A DNA stretch of 64,000 bases from a virus, in IMG/VR virus record IMGVR_UViG_3300007735_000802. One strand, given 5' to 3'. Made by a program: the position numbers and the translations under genes. The notes under the pieces were generated by a model. That model searched no databases. It was not told the origin of the DNA and was given only the letters and a program-made list of their open reading frames with translations. How positions within the stretch are numbered: position 1 is the stretch's first letter; every line of letters begins with the position of its first letter. Below, piece after piece: positions 37,871-48,728 of this stretch.

Positions 37871-40800
37871 TATGGTCCTGGTTTATTCCTATATAGGTAT
37901 TGAATAATTCTTTCTGTACTATTAAATGCAATTGGAGTATATGTCAAATCATTTGCTTGTTGTGTTCCTTTTACTATTGCAGCTATTGAGAGTCTGGGAA
38001 CATGCCAGAAAGCATTTCTTTGTGCGGTATCATCATTATTATCGTAATAATTTTGATCACATCGTATTAATCTTACTGGTCGCAATTCATAAAAATCATT
38101 ATAGTTATCTGCTTTTTTAACTTTAAAGTTTGTATCTGTTGGTGATGTGGTAGAATCAAATTTTATCGCCCATGCTTTTGTAAATTTATTTGTGACATAT
38201 AATGGATTTGATGATCCTGTTGTTCCTGTGAATGTAGGATCATTTTGTGGTATTGGAGTTGTATTATTTGCTTGCAAAAATTGTTTTGTAATACCTTCAT
38301 CAAAAGAAGCAGTAGAAGACCAAACCCAACTATTTGCCAGTATTCTTGGATCTCCAATACGAACGCCATTTGCATTTGCTATTTTTTGTTGTAGATTATT
38401 TGTGCTTGATCTACATGCATTTGCTATAAATGCAAGTTCGTCGATGCTCGGCACATACCATCTAGAAATTTGTGGAAATCCAGATTCTTTCATCGATACT
38501 ACTTGTGGTTGTTGAGAAGATGACAACCAAGGATATGATGACGGTCCAATAAGAGAATTGTTGTTATAAGTAGTACCACCAACAACTTTAGTTGGAGAAT
38601 CTGAAGGATAATAAAATAAATTATGAACAGAAAGCCCTTCTACTATAGTAGTTCCACTTCCTGAATTATATACTGGATTAAAACTTGCAGTTGGTCCAAA
38701 CACTCGCTTATATACTCCATTGACTAATGGAGGATTAACTGTTGATGTATAATAAGTAGTTAAATTAGATCCCGCCATTCTGATTGTATTATACAATCCC
38801 CAATTTAATGAGTAAAATCCAGAAGATCTTGCAAATATTGAGGGACTACCGCTAGTTGCTCTTCTAAACGGCGAATCTTTACAATTTGTGTCACAGTAAG
38901 TGCCGGCTCCCGTATCCACTTCGCATACAGGATTAAATGTTGTAAGATTTCCCCACATTGTAATACCAGGAAAATTAACACCATATAGTCCATCGCAGAA
39001 TAAATTTGAAGATGTAATTCCACATGTATTATTTTCAATTCCAACAGCAGGAACTATTTGTCCTGTTAATAAATCATCAGAATATATTGGACCAAATGAT
39101 GTTCCTCCATGGTTCCATCTGTAATTAATTACCCAGTTTGTATCAAGAGCTACATCTCCTCCATTATTTGGAATAGTTATATCATAAGTATTCGAATAAC
39201 TAACAGTTCCCTGAATATTAGTTCCTGTGTTGTCAATCCATTCTGTGGAAATTTGATCGAAATTAGTTATACCGTGTACATATGTATGATTAATAAATGA
39301 TCCATATGGTCCTGCACCAATACTAACAATTTTTTCTTGTCTAAACATTACTGGATACTTGGAAACAATAAGCAACCATTGATCTTGATCTTTATTAAAA
39401 TTTGATCCATCTTGTATTTTATTTCCTAAAGTAAATCCATATCCTTGTGGATTGAATTGAGATTTATATAAAGAACAAGATCTTTCTGTTCCTGTATTTA
39501 ATGATTTAAATTGTTGTATACTAACTGGATCCTCAAAACCAAATGGATTTCCGCCATGTCCAGTATATCCGAAGCATGTAGAACCATTTGGATTAAATAA
39601 TCCAACTACAATCCCTCCTGCAAACTCATCTCCAATGTAAACATCTCGATAACCAATAAATGCACCATTTGCATTATATTTTTTAATTCTAAATGGTTTA
39701 GGACTTGCTCCAGAATTTTCTGTTATTTCGCATGTAGTTTGTGGTTCTGGTTGTGCCACGCATGTAAAATCAGGAAAATCAACAGATGCATTTGCACATA
39801 AGTGACCACATCCATAAAAAAGACCATTACAACTTGATTGATTATTTACATTACTACAATTTCCATTGTTGCAGCATCCCGCAGTTCCGTCTAGACATAC
39901 TCTAAAATTTGTTGGAGATCCATTATCATTGTAAGTATAATTACATACTCTTCCAAGGCCTTGCCAGAAATTAGTACATGCATTTTTTCTGGTTTGTGTA
40001 CAATCTCCTGCTGCTGTTCCATCGCAACATGCACCAAGATCTTCGAAGTAATTTTGACAATCGATTGCATCTACATTTTTAACACAAGCACTAATTGGTG
40101 TCCACGAAACCCATGGGTTGCTTGGATTTGTCAGTCTTGCTGTCTGCTGACAAAGACACTGAGTTATTGGTGTTGGATTTTTTATTATTGTATTATTTGC
40201 ATTTTTATAGCAACAGACTCCAACCGGAGCAGATGTTGAAGACCCCGTGCATCCAGAATATCCTGCAGTTTGTCCTTGGAAAAACTGTGCAATTCCCTGA
40301 TTAACAAATGGTTGACATTCTTCTTGTGTTATTACTCTTGATTGATCAAAAGAACATCCAAAGCAACAAAGTCCAGTTACTGGGGGTGGGGGAGGTGGTG
40401 GTCCTTCTGGATCACCTATTGATCTAGAACCAATACAGTCATAATAAGAAGCATTCCATTCGACAGCAGATGTTCCTGAATTAATTATTCCATAATTTGC
40501 ATACCATGTATAATCAAGAGAAACCATATTGATTACATCAACATTATTTGTAAAGCATGGAGGATATAACAAAGGCCATGCAATATTATATGTTAAGTTT
40601 TCAAATGTTGCACCCTGTGTTAAATCGTCACTCGAAGCAAATAAAGTTAATGGAGCACCCGATCCTCCTGTTACACCGGGTGGAATAATAATTGTCAATG
40701 ACTTTGCAACATCTGCTCTTGGAGGATTTCTTACTCTTACTATTTGTGCAAGAATGCTCTTTTGTGGAGTAATCTGATCATTATATCGATTAAGAATAAA

Positions 40801-41514
40801 AGTATTTGCCTTTTCCCAATCTATGTCCCAGTAGAAAAATTCTTTAGAGGTGATAGAACCAGATGGTGTGATATAATCTTTTCTAGTTGGTCTTACTATT
40901 TGTACTCTTTCACCATAATTGACTGCTTGTAGATTTACAGTTTGATTTGTAATATCATAATTTGTTCCAGTTAATCCATAGAAACGATTTCCTCCCAGAT
41001 GATATACTAGTTGATGTTCAGATCCACCAGATAATCCAAGATATGGCAATCCTGCAAGATTGTAAACAATATTAACTGTTTCTTTATCAGCAGTGCTTCC
41101 GGTATTGCTATAACGAATAACACTTAAATTTTGATTTTGTGATGCTGTTGTAAAGCCTCTAAATTGTGGTTTATATACAACATCACCGCCAGTTGCATCA
41201 ATTGTATCAAATGTCAATCCATAAAATACTGAAAGTTCTCCAGCAGATTCTGCCGATGCAAATATACTATAATTACCAGCAGCACCTTGTATACTGGTTC
41301 CAACTCCAATAGTTCCATCGCTAAAATTAGTTTGGATGAATGCTCCTCCAAACGCAAGTGTCATTCCAGTTATATTAGCACCAGTTGAACCTTTTGGACC
41401 GGTGGATCCTGCGGGTCCAGTATTTCCGTCTGGACCAGTTGAACCTGTTGGTCCTGTTGGACCACTGAATCCAATTATGCTTGTTTGTAAATAAGGACTG
41501 CTTCCGTAAATCAT
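37870..41514 (-). CDS. Cys-rich putative tail fibre, collagen-like N-terminus, DUF1566/Lcl-like C-terminus
   Basis: GPTGPTGSTGPDGNTG; poly-Pro linker; GxCC repeats; IGDEFAGG, WYVPSIDEL, WVWSST, LRPVRL. Confidence 0.7.
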   Translation of the reverse strand: MIYGSSPYLQTSIIGFSGPTGPTGSTGPDGNTGPAGSTGPKGSTGANITGMTLAFGGAFIQTNFSDGTIGVGTSIQGAAGNYSIFASAESAGELSVFYGLTFDTIDATGGDVVYKPQFRGFTTASQNQNLSVIRYSNTGSTADKETVNIVYNLAGLPYLGLSGGSEHQLVYHLGGNRFYGLTGTNYDITNQTVNLQAVNYGERVQIVRPTRKDYITPSGSITSKEFFYWDIDWEKANTFILNRYNDQITPQKSILAQIVRVRNPPRADVAKSLTIIIPPGVTGGSGAPLTLFASSDDLTQGATFENLTYNIAWPLLYPPCFTNNVDVINMVSLDYTWYANYGIINSGTSAVEWNASYYDCIGSRSIGDPEGPPPPPPPVTGLCCFGCSFDQSRVITQEECQPFVNQGIAQFFQGQTAGYSGCTGSSTSAPVGVCCYKNANNTIIKNPTPITQCLCQQTARLTNPSNPWVSWTPISACVKNVDAIDCQNYFEDLGACCDGTAAGDCTQTRKNACTNFWQGLGRVCNYTYNDNGSPTNFRVCLDGTAGCCNNGNCSNVNNQSSCNGLFYGCGHLCANASVDFPDFTCVAQPEPQTTCEITENSGASPKPFRIKKYNANGAFIGYRDVYIGDEFAGGIVVGLFNPNGSTCFGYTGHGGNPFGFEDPVSIQQFKSLNTGTERSCSLYKSQFNPQGYGFTLGNKIQDGSNFNKDQDQWLLIVSKYPVMFRQEKIVSIGAGPYGSFINHTYVHGITNFDQISTEWIDNTGTNIQGTVSYSNTYDITIPNNGGDVALDTNWVINYRWNHGGTSFGPIYSDDLLTGQIVPAVGIENNTCGITSSNLFCDGLYGVNFPGITMWGNLTTFNPVCEVDTGAGTYCDTNCKDSPFRRATSGSPSIFARSSGFYSLNWGLYNTIRMAGSNLTTYYTSTVNPPLVNGVYKRVFGPTASFNPVYNSGSGTTIVEGLSVHNLFYYPSDSPTKVVGGTTYNNNSLIGPSSYPWLSSSQQPQVVSMKESGFPQISRWYVPSIDELAFIANACRSSTNNLQQKIANANGVRIGDPRILANSWVWSSTASFDEGITKQFLQANNTTPIPQNDPTFTGTTGSSNPLYVTNKFTKAWAIKFDSTTSPTDTNFKVKKADNYNDFYELRPVRLIRCDQNYYDNNDDTAQRNAFWHVPRLSIAAIVKGTQQANDLTYTPIAFNSTERIIQYLYRNKPGP

Positions 41515-41527
41515 ATATTATCCAATA

Positions 41528-42649
41528 TTAACTAAAGTAACTTTCAACTGAGGATATTCTTGTTTCGTAATTTGCAAGTTTAGATGCAACATCATATGTT
41601 GTTCCAGAACCAACAACTATTGAGTCTGATATTAATCTTTCTGTTGTAACTTGTGAAGGAACTGTTACTGTAATTCCTAATGGTTTTACTTTAATTCCTA
41701 CTTTTATATTTTGCGATCCGTTTGATGGAGAAACAACCAAAGGTTGTGGTAGATTTATAATAGGAGTTAATACAGAATATACTTCTGGTGGAGTTGTATT
41801 ACTTATTGTATATTGATATGTTGTTCCATTGTTTGTTACTTTTAATCTCTTGTTAGAACTTGCGAGAGAAGATCCCGCTGATTTTCTAACATAAATTATA
41901 TTTGTTCCTATATCTGCAACTGTACCACTGTATGAAGATGTTTGTTGTGTTGTAGATCCGTTTCGAATTACATTTGTCACTGTTTCTGTTACTGTGATTT
42001 TTTCAACATATCCATAATTTGTAGAAAATGCGGAGTAGAATTCTGGATAATCAGATACTGGTAATTCGTGTTGAATCGATGCATCAACATATGAAGGTTC
42101 AAATGTTGAACTTCCCAATAAGAATTGTATATTTCCAACGGATTCACCACTGTCTGTAAACGCTTCTATATCACCGCCTACTTTGTATCCAATATAGTTT
42201 ACAACAACTCCAGTGTATGATCCATGTGGTGCAACTTGATATACTGGTTTTACTATATGTGCTGGATTTGATGGTGCTAAGTTTTGCAAATAACCTGCTG
42301 TTAGTCCACTTAAGAAATATATGTCATTTCCACCAGATCCTCCACCTGAACCAGCATCTAAAAGTTTATTAGATTCAATATTAATTGAACCGTATATTAC
42401 AACATTAAATGATTGTGGAGTGGATTCATATGATTCAATTACACCAAAAACTTCTGAATTTGGTGGAGTATCTGCTTTCGCAGCAGTATATCCGGTGTAT
42501 CCGGCAGCACTCAGAGAATAACGAATCACCTGACCAGTAGTTAATCCAGAAACATAAGGAATATTTACAAGTAATCTAGATCCACCTTGATTTACACTCA
42601 AGGTGCTGAATGATGCTCTTATGTTTGAACTGTTACTACAACTAGGCAT
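41528..42649 (-). CDS. Putative virion structural protein
   Basis: Shares a domain (AKA...EV.G...YFLS...KPV) with 42661..44988; short C-terminal coiled coil. Confidence 0.6.
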   Translation of the reverse strand: MPSCSNSSNIRASFSTLSVNQGGSRLLVNIPYVSGLTTGQVIRYSLSAAGYTGYTAAKADTPPNSEVFGVIESYESTPQSFNVVIYGSINIESNKLLDAGSGGGSGGNDIYFLSGLTAGYLQNLAPSNPAHIVKPVYQVAPHGSYTGVVVNYIGYKVGGDIEAFTDSGESVGNIQFLLGSSTFEPSYVDASIQHELPVSDYPEFYSAFSTNYGYVEKITVTETVTNVIRNGSTTQQTSSYSGTVADIGTNIIYVRKSAGSSLASSNKRLKVTNNGTTYQYTISNTTPPEVYSVLTPIINLPQPLVVSPSNGSQNIKVGIKVKPLGITVTVPSQVTTERLISDSIVVGSGTTYDVASKLANYETRISSVESYFS

Positions 42650-42660
42650 GTATTACTCCG

Positions 42661-44988
42661 TTATATTGGATAACTTGCGTCTGCAATTATGTGTGTGTTG
42701 ATTGAATCGTAATCTACAAATCCAGAAATAATGTTTATCTTTACTGAACTTTCGTCCTGTGCGGTAGTTACTGTAGTCGTACCTTTAAGTGTTTGTCGAG
42801 ATATATTATTATATCCCTTAGTACCTGTGGTATTTCGAATGTCAGCTCTTGCACTATAATTATACGCTTCATTACTCAATCCAGAATATGGAGAATATAG
42901 AGTTACGCTAGGTGTAGTTCTCATGGTTGTTGGGAACTTAAATACACTGTATGGAACACCAGGAAGAATATTAAATGAATATGTGTTAAGTGATGGATCT
43001 CCAGAATTTATCATTGTTGCAGATCCGATTGTTTGTGAACTTGTATATGTTGAATAATAATACTTTTGAGCAAGTTTTTGTTGTTCTTCTTTAGATAAGA
43101 ATGAATGTTTTGGAGTAGTGTATGTTCCATCATATACAACCAACGAAGCAAGACTTACATACAGACCAGTTCCTACTGCTACTCCACCACTATAACCAGC
43201 ATTTACTAGTGGCATTAAATCCAATCCAATTTCAACATAATCGTTAGCATATGATCCTGCTGAAAGACCGGGAACATCATAATTTAATGTGTGTTTAGTC
43301 CATGATGTTTGGAGGTTGATGGTTCCTATTGTATCTTTTGAAACCAATCCTGAATTTCCATATCTTGCAAAATAAACATCCGCAGAATAATTTGACTGTG
43401 AGCATTTTGCATAGAAACTTACAGTGGTTGATGATCCATTGAAAGTTTCAATTTCATCTATCACATGACCAACTGTACATGTTGCACCACTAGGATCGGA
43501 TCCTGTTGGATTTGCTATGCATTTAAAATTGACATAATATTCTGGATTTCCTTCAACATAAGTGTCAGTAACATTGAATGATTGTCTTTCAATATATTGT
43601 GAACTGCCCGATGGCATTCCTTCAAGTCTGCGAATCCAGTTGTCTGCAAAATATACACTTCCAGTAGATGTATATTGAGTCTTTCCTGTATTTCTTTGCC
43701 ATACTGCATAATTTCCATTGAATGTATAATTCTTAAGATTAGTCAAACTTTCAGGTTCTGCTGTTGATGTAAATGAAACACTTGATGGATATCCAGCAAG
43801 GGGTCTTGGATTTACATACCAATATGTTGGAGAAGAATCAAACACATATCCTAATTGGTATGTTTGTTTACATCCTCCTCCCTGTCCTATAGTTAAAATA
43901 TTTAACTGTGTAATTCCTGTTGCTGTTGCAGCGGATGATGTGCTAAATGTCGAACCATTGATGCCCCATGGTCCTTGCTTTGTTGCAGCAGAAGATATTG
44001 AATATGGTAATATAGTGCTTGTTCCTTGAGTTAATATCTGGTAAATTAAGTTGCCACCAGATGTTGTTATGGACTCCACCATACCAATTATAAAATCTTC
44101 TTCATTTGCAACACCGCTATATGTCTGAGATTCACATGCCCATTTTTGTGTTCCACTGACAAACCAACCATTAATTGCTGTTCTGCCAGTTGAAGTTAAG
44201 TGATTATTAAATTCTGCTGAAGTAGAAAATGAGTGTGGTGCATATGATAAGAACATACCACCAGTGAATCCAACAGTTCTTGGATCAGTTGGAGATGTTG
44301 GAAGAGAAATATACAATCTATGCGAACCAGATTCTCCTCCACCAGACAATGAAGAATTTAAATAATTTCCTCTATATTGAATCACTAATCCTGCTGTTGC
44401 TCCAAGTCCAATCAAAACTGGTTTTGAAACTTGTCCAAGGGTTGTTGGTTCCGTGGTAGTAATATTACCACCAGTGCTAGGACTCAAGAAATAAACACAT
44501 CCCGGAGAAAGTGTTGATCCTGCTACCGTTTGAAAATTTCCAGTAATATAACCGTTTGTTGTAACGACAGAATATGTTGAAGTCAATGATGATAAAAATC
44601 CAACTACTTCTGCGGAATCTGGATTATTTGCTTTTGCTGTTGTATATCCACCAGACGACAACAAATATACAGGCATTCCAAAAGTAAATCCAGATGAACC
44701 AGAAGTAATTCCTGTTATTTTAAATGAATTGTTGGGAAAGATGGTATCACTTGAAAAATTTACAGTTCCTAAAAAATTAACATTGTTTGAAACTGTACCA
44801 CCAACATAAAGTTGAACAAGTCCACTTGTTGAATTGTATGATACCCCCACTCCCCCATTGACTGTAAAAGTTACTCCAGAAACAGTTGCTTGATTTAATT
44901 TAGCAATTATTTCTGAATTTTCTTTTATGAACCAATCATAAAATGTAGAAGATCCAGTTAACTGTGAGATTGTATCATTAAATGCCAT
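42661..44988 (-). CDS. Putative tail fibre/baseplate-associated structural protein
   Basis: TFYDW N-terminus; NGNYAVWQR...ADNW...AQKYY C-terminal domain of the type found in phage fibres; S/T/G-rich. Confidence 0.65.
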   Translation of the reverse strand: MAFNDTISQLTGSSTFYDWFIKENSEIIAKLNQATVSGVTFTVNGGVGVSYNSTSGLVQLYVGGTVSNNVNFLGTVNFSSDTIFPNNSFKITGITSGSSGFTFGMPVYLLSSGGYTTAKANNPDSAEVVGFLSSLTSTYSVVTTNGYITGNFQTVAGSTLSPGCVYFLSPSTGGNITTTEPTTLGQVSKPVLIGLGATAGLVIQYRGNYLNSSLSGGGESGSHRLYISLPTSPTDPRTVGFTGGMFLSYAPHSFSTSAEFNNHLTSTGRTAINGWFVSGTQKWACESQTYSGVANEEDFIIGMVESITTSGGNLIYQILTQGTSTILPYSISSAATKQGPWGINGSTFSTSSAATATGITQLNILTIGQGGGCKQTYQLGYVFDSSPTYWYVNPRPLAGYPSSVSFTSTAEPESLTNLKNYTFNGNYAVWQRNTGKTQYTSTGSVYFADNWIRRLEGMPSGSSQYIERQSFNVTDTYVEGNPEYYVNFKCIANPTGSDPSGATCTVGHVIDEIETFNGSSTTVSFYAKCSQSNYSADVYFARYGNSGLVSKDTIGTINLQTSWTKHTLNYDVPGLSAGSYANDYVEIGLDLMPLVNAGYSGGVAVGTGLYVSLASLVVYDGTYTTPKHSFLSKEEQQKLAQKYYYSTYTSSQTIGSATMINSGDPSLNTYSFNILPGVPYSVFKFPTTMRTTPSVTLYSPYSGLSNEAYNYSARADIRNTTGTKGYNNISRQTLKGTTTVTTAQDESSVKINIISGFVDYDSINTHIIADASYPI

Positions 44989-45002
44989 TGCTTTACCTTA
45001 TG

Positions 45003-45797
45003 TTATGGATAATAAATTTTTAGTTCTGTATAATGTAGGAATGATATTACTGGAGGATCTTCTGATACTTCTGATAATGTAACCTTAGCAAATGCAGAAA
45101 ATGTAGAAGATTCGTCTATATCACCAAGAGTTACATTTGATATGCTTAGTTTTAATCTGGCAGCACCACATGTATTATATGTGGATGTTGTTCCTTGTGA
45201 GTTGTCTCTCAATTCAGAACATTCTGTATCATCACCTGTTCCGCAACAAGAAATTTCTTCCTTTGCAACGGTAAATCCAATATATTCTGGTGTTGTAGTA
45301 TTCGCTGTGGTTGTTTCCAGAGTTTCTGTAAACTCAGTATCATTGTAAATCCAGAAAATTAATCCACTTTCTGGATCGTGCCACGAATACCAACCCGGAG
45401 AAACTGTAATGTTAATTATTGCTTTGTCTCTTCCATTATCATTTCTTTGCCTTGCATCGGTTATTTCTACTTGATCTGGATGAAATGGTATCATTCCAGT
45501 ATGAACTACATTTGTATTTCCACCAACAGATTCTTGTGTTGCATATGGAGGATTTGGTGCTCCTGCTCCACCAGTAGATAAATACCAATTTGCTGGAGCA
45601 ATTGAACTTAAAGTTTGATTTATAAAAAATAACTCAATCATTTCATTCAATTCGGATGCCTGCAATGCATATCCTGGATTAAATGCAATCATGTAGTAGT
45701 TTCTGACAGGACTTGTTAAGAAATTATCAGTTGCCCTACTGTAGTATGGGGATTTTTTTAATGGTAAAGGTGACTTTATTTGATTGGCAAATTCCAT
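45003..45797 (-). CDS. Baseplate-associated protein (resembles the N-terminal domain of DUF4815-type proteins)
   Basis: SPYY...YYMIAFNPGYALQASELNE motif; directly after gp8. Confidence 0.55.
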   Translation of the reverse strand: MEFANQIKSPLPLKKSPYYSRATDNFLTSPVRNYYMIAFNPGYALQASELNEMIELFFINQTLSSIAPANWYLSTGGAGAPNPPYATQESVGGNTNVVHTGMIPFHPDQVEITDARQRNDNGRDKAIINITVSPGWYSWHDPESGLIFWIYNDTEFTETLETTTANTTTPEYIGFTVAKEEISCCGTGDDTECSELRDNSQGTTSTYNTCGAARLKLSISNVTLGDIDESSTFSAFAKVTLSEVSEDPPVISFLHYTELKIYYP

Positions 45798-45800
45798 ACT

Positions 45801-47552
45801 TTACATTCCTTTTACCATATTTATACGAATAATTACAGAATCTACATCAGAAATAGTAATCTCATCTGAGAGTTTTGTAGTTGATAAATTTTTACCAGAA
45901 TATTGTGTAAAACTTGGTTTAGATACGATGCTTTTTATTTGTGATGTTTTTACATTTCCAGTTAAACTCTTATTTAATAAATAATCTGTTTCATCATAAA
46001 TTACATTTTTTAGTTCTGTATTTTGTGTGGTGCTTGAAAGTGCAACAACACCACCTACCTTTATTTCTCTTGCAGTTTTGCTTGTTGTTGTATTTCCAAA
46101 AGGCACATCATAAGTTATGTTATAAAGTTCATCTGTTTCTGGTAATTGTGCTGAACTTCCCGCTGAAACTGCAACCTTTACCGTAGTTCTAAAAATATAG
46201 TCTAATTTTTTATTTAAATTTGATCCAGTTGTAATGTTTGGTGATCCACTAATTCCTGTTGGATTTTGAATTAAACCAAAGAAATTAATTGCATTTGGTA
46301 ATTGTATTCCAGCAGTAGTAAAAGAAGAAGTATCTACTTTAGTATCAATCATAACATGTTGAGCATCCAATACCGTGACTGGATCAAATGCCAATCCATC
46401 GATGGTATCTAGATTTACTTCAATCTTTGATGCAAATAGATCAGTATCTAAATTGCCCGTAACATATCCAGAATTAATGGAAACTGAAATATCTTTGTAT
46501 CCAGATCCACTAGACAGTAATTCAATTCCATTAATGATGTATTGGTCATCCTGTAATATTGTCTTGAGACGAATACTTGCACCTGATCCAGAATTGCTTG
46601 TTATTGTAAGTTCTGGATTTTCTACCAATGCCACTAATTGTTTTCTGCTAAAAGAACTCAAGTCTATGAAAACACTGACAACTGATCCCTCTTCTAAATT
46701 ATCATTTGTGTTTACATCATAAAGGTAATAATATGGTGAGGCACTTGATAATTTATTTTGAGAAATCAAAGAACCAATTTCATCATACTTGTCAACTATA
46801 TCGATATTTGATTCTACTGTTTCATTGTCTGAATAAAATACACCAACAAAAGAGTCATTATTTTTTGACAGATAAAAACAATCGCTACATTTTATGTCAT
46901 ATGCTACTGTGAAAAGTTCTCCTTTTTCAAATTCTATTGTTCCATCATCACCGTCTGTGCTGATGGCATTTTTTGAATAAAGAGCACACTTTCCTACTTC
47001 TGTTGTTGCAGAATCATCACAAAATGTTCTTGTTTGTTGTAGTTGAACTTGCAAGTCATCGCTGTCAAATGTATCAAATGATACTACTGGAATCCATTTT
47101 GATGTTATAAATCTTTCAATTGTTGGAGTTATCTTATACAAAGGTTTCCAGGAATAACCGTCAGAGTATCGAACAATTCCAGTAGTATGAGTTGGTCTTA
47201 CTCTAGAAACAAAACTTCCAAACAAATCAGATCTATTATCTGAGTTATCTGATATGCAAAGGTATACATATCCATTTTGATTATTGTATGCATAAAAATT
47301 TTCAGTATTTTGTCTTATTGCGGACCATGGTTTGTATGGAATCATCGGTGTCCATTTTATGTTTGGAACCACAGGACTTAAACTATTTTGACCAACTCGA
47401 ACAGAAAAATCAGACTGTCTCCAAACATCTATGGTACTTTGATTTGAATTTGATGTTGTGTTGGCAGAGTCGGATCCAGCAAAAACAAATAACTGATTTT
47501 TTGTTCCAGCATCCTTTATGAATGTTTTGACATTGTTACTTTTTATACTCAT
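45801..47552 (-). CDS. gp8: Baseplate wedge subunit
   Basis: FYAYN...VYLCISDN...PTHT...DGYSWKPLYKI...WIPV; YSGK near the C-terminus. Confidence 0.8.
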   Translation of the reverse strand: MSIKSNNVKTFIKDAGTKNQLFVFAGSDSANTTSNSNQSTIDVWRQSDFSVRVGQNSLSPVVPNIKWTPMIPYKPWSAIRQNTENFYAYNNQNGYVYLCISDNSDNRSDLFGSFVSRVRPTHTTGIVRYSDGYSWKPLYKITPTIERFITSKWIPVVSFDTFDSDDLQVQLQQTRTFCDDSATTEVGKCALYSKNAISTDGDDGTIEFEKGELFTVAYDIKCSDCFYLSKNNDSFVGVFYSDNETVESNIDIVDKYDEIGSLISQNKLSSASPYYYLYDVNTNDNLEEGSVVSVFIDLSSFSRKQLVALVENPELTITSNSGSGASIRLKTILQDDQYIINGIELLSSGSGYKDISVSINSGYVTGNLDTDLFASKIEVNLDTIDGLAFDPVTVLDAQHVMIDTKVDTSSFTTAGIQLPNAINFFGLIQNPTGISGSPNITTGSNLNKKLDYIFRTTVKVAVSAGSSAQLPETDELYNITYDVPFGNTTTSKTAREIKVGGVVALSSTTQNTELKNVIYDETDYLLNKSLTGNVKTSQIKSIVSKPSFTQYSGKNLSTTKLSDEITISDVDSVIIRINMVKGM

Positions 47553-47564
47553 ATGATATCTCTA

Positions 47565-48728
47565 TTATGGACCAAGGGATGGGCATGAAGGAATTCCTGC
47601 ATTTGGAGAACCAAGACCCGGTGGATAACACAACTCTAGCATTGTTTCAATATTTATATTAAAAATATCAAAGGTATCATATTGAGAAGTCCAATTTGGA
47701 AATAGATGCGTTGGACCAGAGAATCCTGTATATCCATTGCAACTTGTTGTTTTTGGAAGGCCACACAATGTTATTCCTTCAGTTGCAGCATATGCAGTCC
47801 ATCCTGCTGCAATATGGATATTATTAGAATATGTTCTATAATCTGTAGATAATTTATATGGAGAATATTGGCGCAAAAGACCATATTCGCATATTACAGA
47901 TGTATTTTCATCATATGTTGGACCTTGATAATCACTAAGTCTTCTCTCAAACACTATTCGAAGTCCTGATGGATGAACCATATTCAGATATGCTTCTTTA
48001 TAGTCGTATGATGCTAGACCTACACTTAATAAATAAGACCAATCCTGAATCCAGTTTCCATCCTGCATTCTGGAACCATTGAGATAACTTCCACTCAGAG
48101 TTGCAAGATCATCATAAGTTCCTGTTGCTCCAGGAAATGTAAAATCAGCACTGTAAAATCTTCCACCGTTCAGTCTTAATATATTTTTCTTTGGAACATC
48201 AATATGAATATCATCTTCATCTACGCCATACAAAGTCTGGAAGAAGTATCGAATTCCTTCCTCTGTTGATTTTTTCTGATAAAATGTTCTTCTTACTTGA
48301 TTTAAGAATTTTCTAAGATTACTTTCCTTGACAATACCACCATAACGCTCTAGACTTTCTATAGGAAATCCAGAAGCATAAGATAGAGCAAGTTTTTCCA
48401 GAGAATCAGAATCACAATTATCAATATCAATGTTATCCGTAAATTTTTCACTTAATTTGTATTGTGCTCCAGATGTGCTGTCGCAGTATAACCAATCGTA
48501 GTATGCTTGAACCAAATCATAGATGGTTGTGCCATCTATATTACTTGATATCTTTTCTGCTTTCTCTTGTCTAATCCACAAAGGTATCTGACTTGTTATG
48601 TCATATATTCTGCCACACGAATCTTGAAATTCTACTTGCAATAGTTCAAATGTTATACCAGGAACTACGCTCGCTGCTATAGTTGCATTAATAGTTGCTG
48701 TTTGTGGATTGAGTGTAGTTGATAACAT
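47565..48728 (-). CDS. gp7: Baseplate wedge subunit (compact gp7-like)
   Basis: QIPLWI, AYYDWL, FYQKKSTEEGIRYFFQTLY, QDWSY, VHPSG; between gp6 and gp8. Confidence 0.7.
   Translation of the reverse strand: MLSTTLNPQTATINATIAASVVPGITFELLQVEFQDSCGRIYDITSQIPLWIRQEKAEKISSNIDGTTIYDLVQAYYDWLYCDSTSGAQYKLSEKFTDNIDIDNCDSDSLEKLALSYASGFPIESLERYGGIVKESNLRKFLNQVRRTFYQKKSTEEGIRYFFQTLYGVDEDDIHIDVPKKNILRLNGGRFYSADFTFPGATGTYDDLATLSGSYLNGSRMQDGNWIQDWSYLLSVGLASYDYKEAYLNMVHPSGLRIVFERRLSDYQGPTYDENTSVICEYGLLRQYSPYKLSTDYRTYSNNIHIAAGWTAYAATEGITLCGLPKTTSCNGYTGFSGPTHLFPNWTSQYDTFDIFNINIETMLELCYPPGLGSPNAGIPSCPSLGP

Noticed and set aside
30081-41514. Diversity-generating retroelement
   Set aside because: Target-like fold is present, but no reverse transcriptase and no near-identical TR/VR pair were visible in the window.
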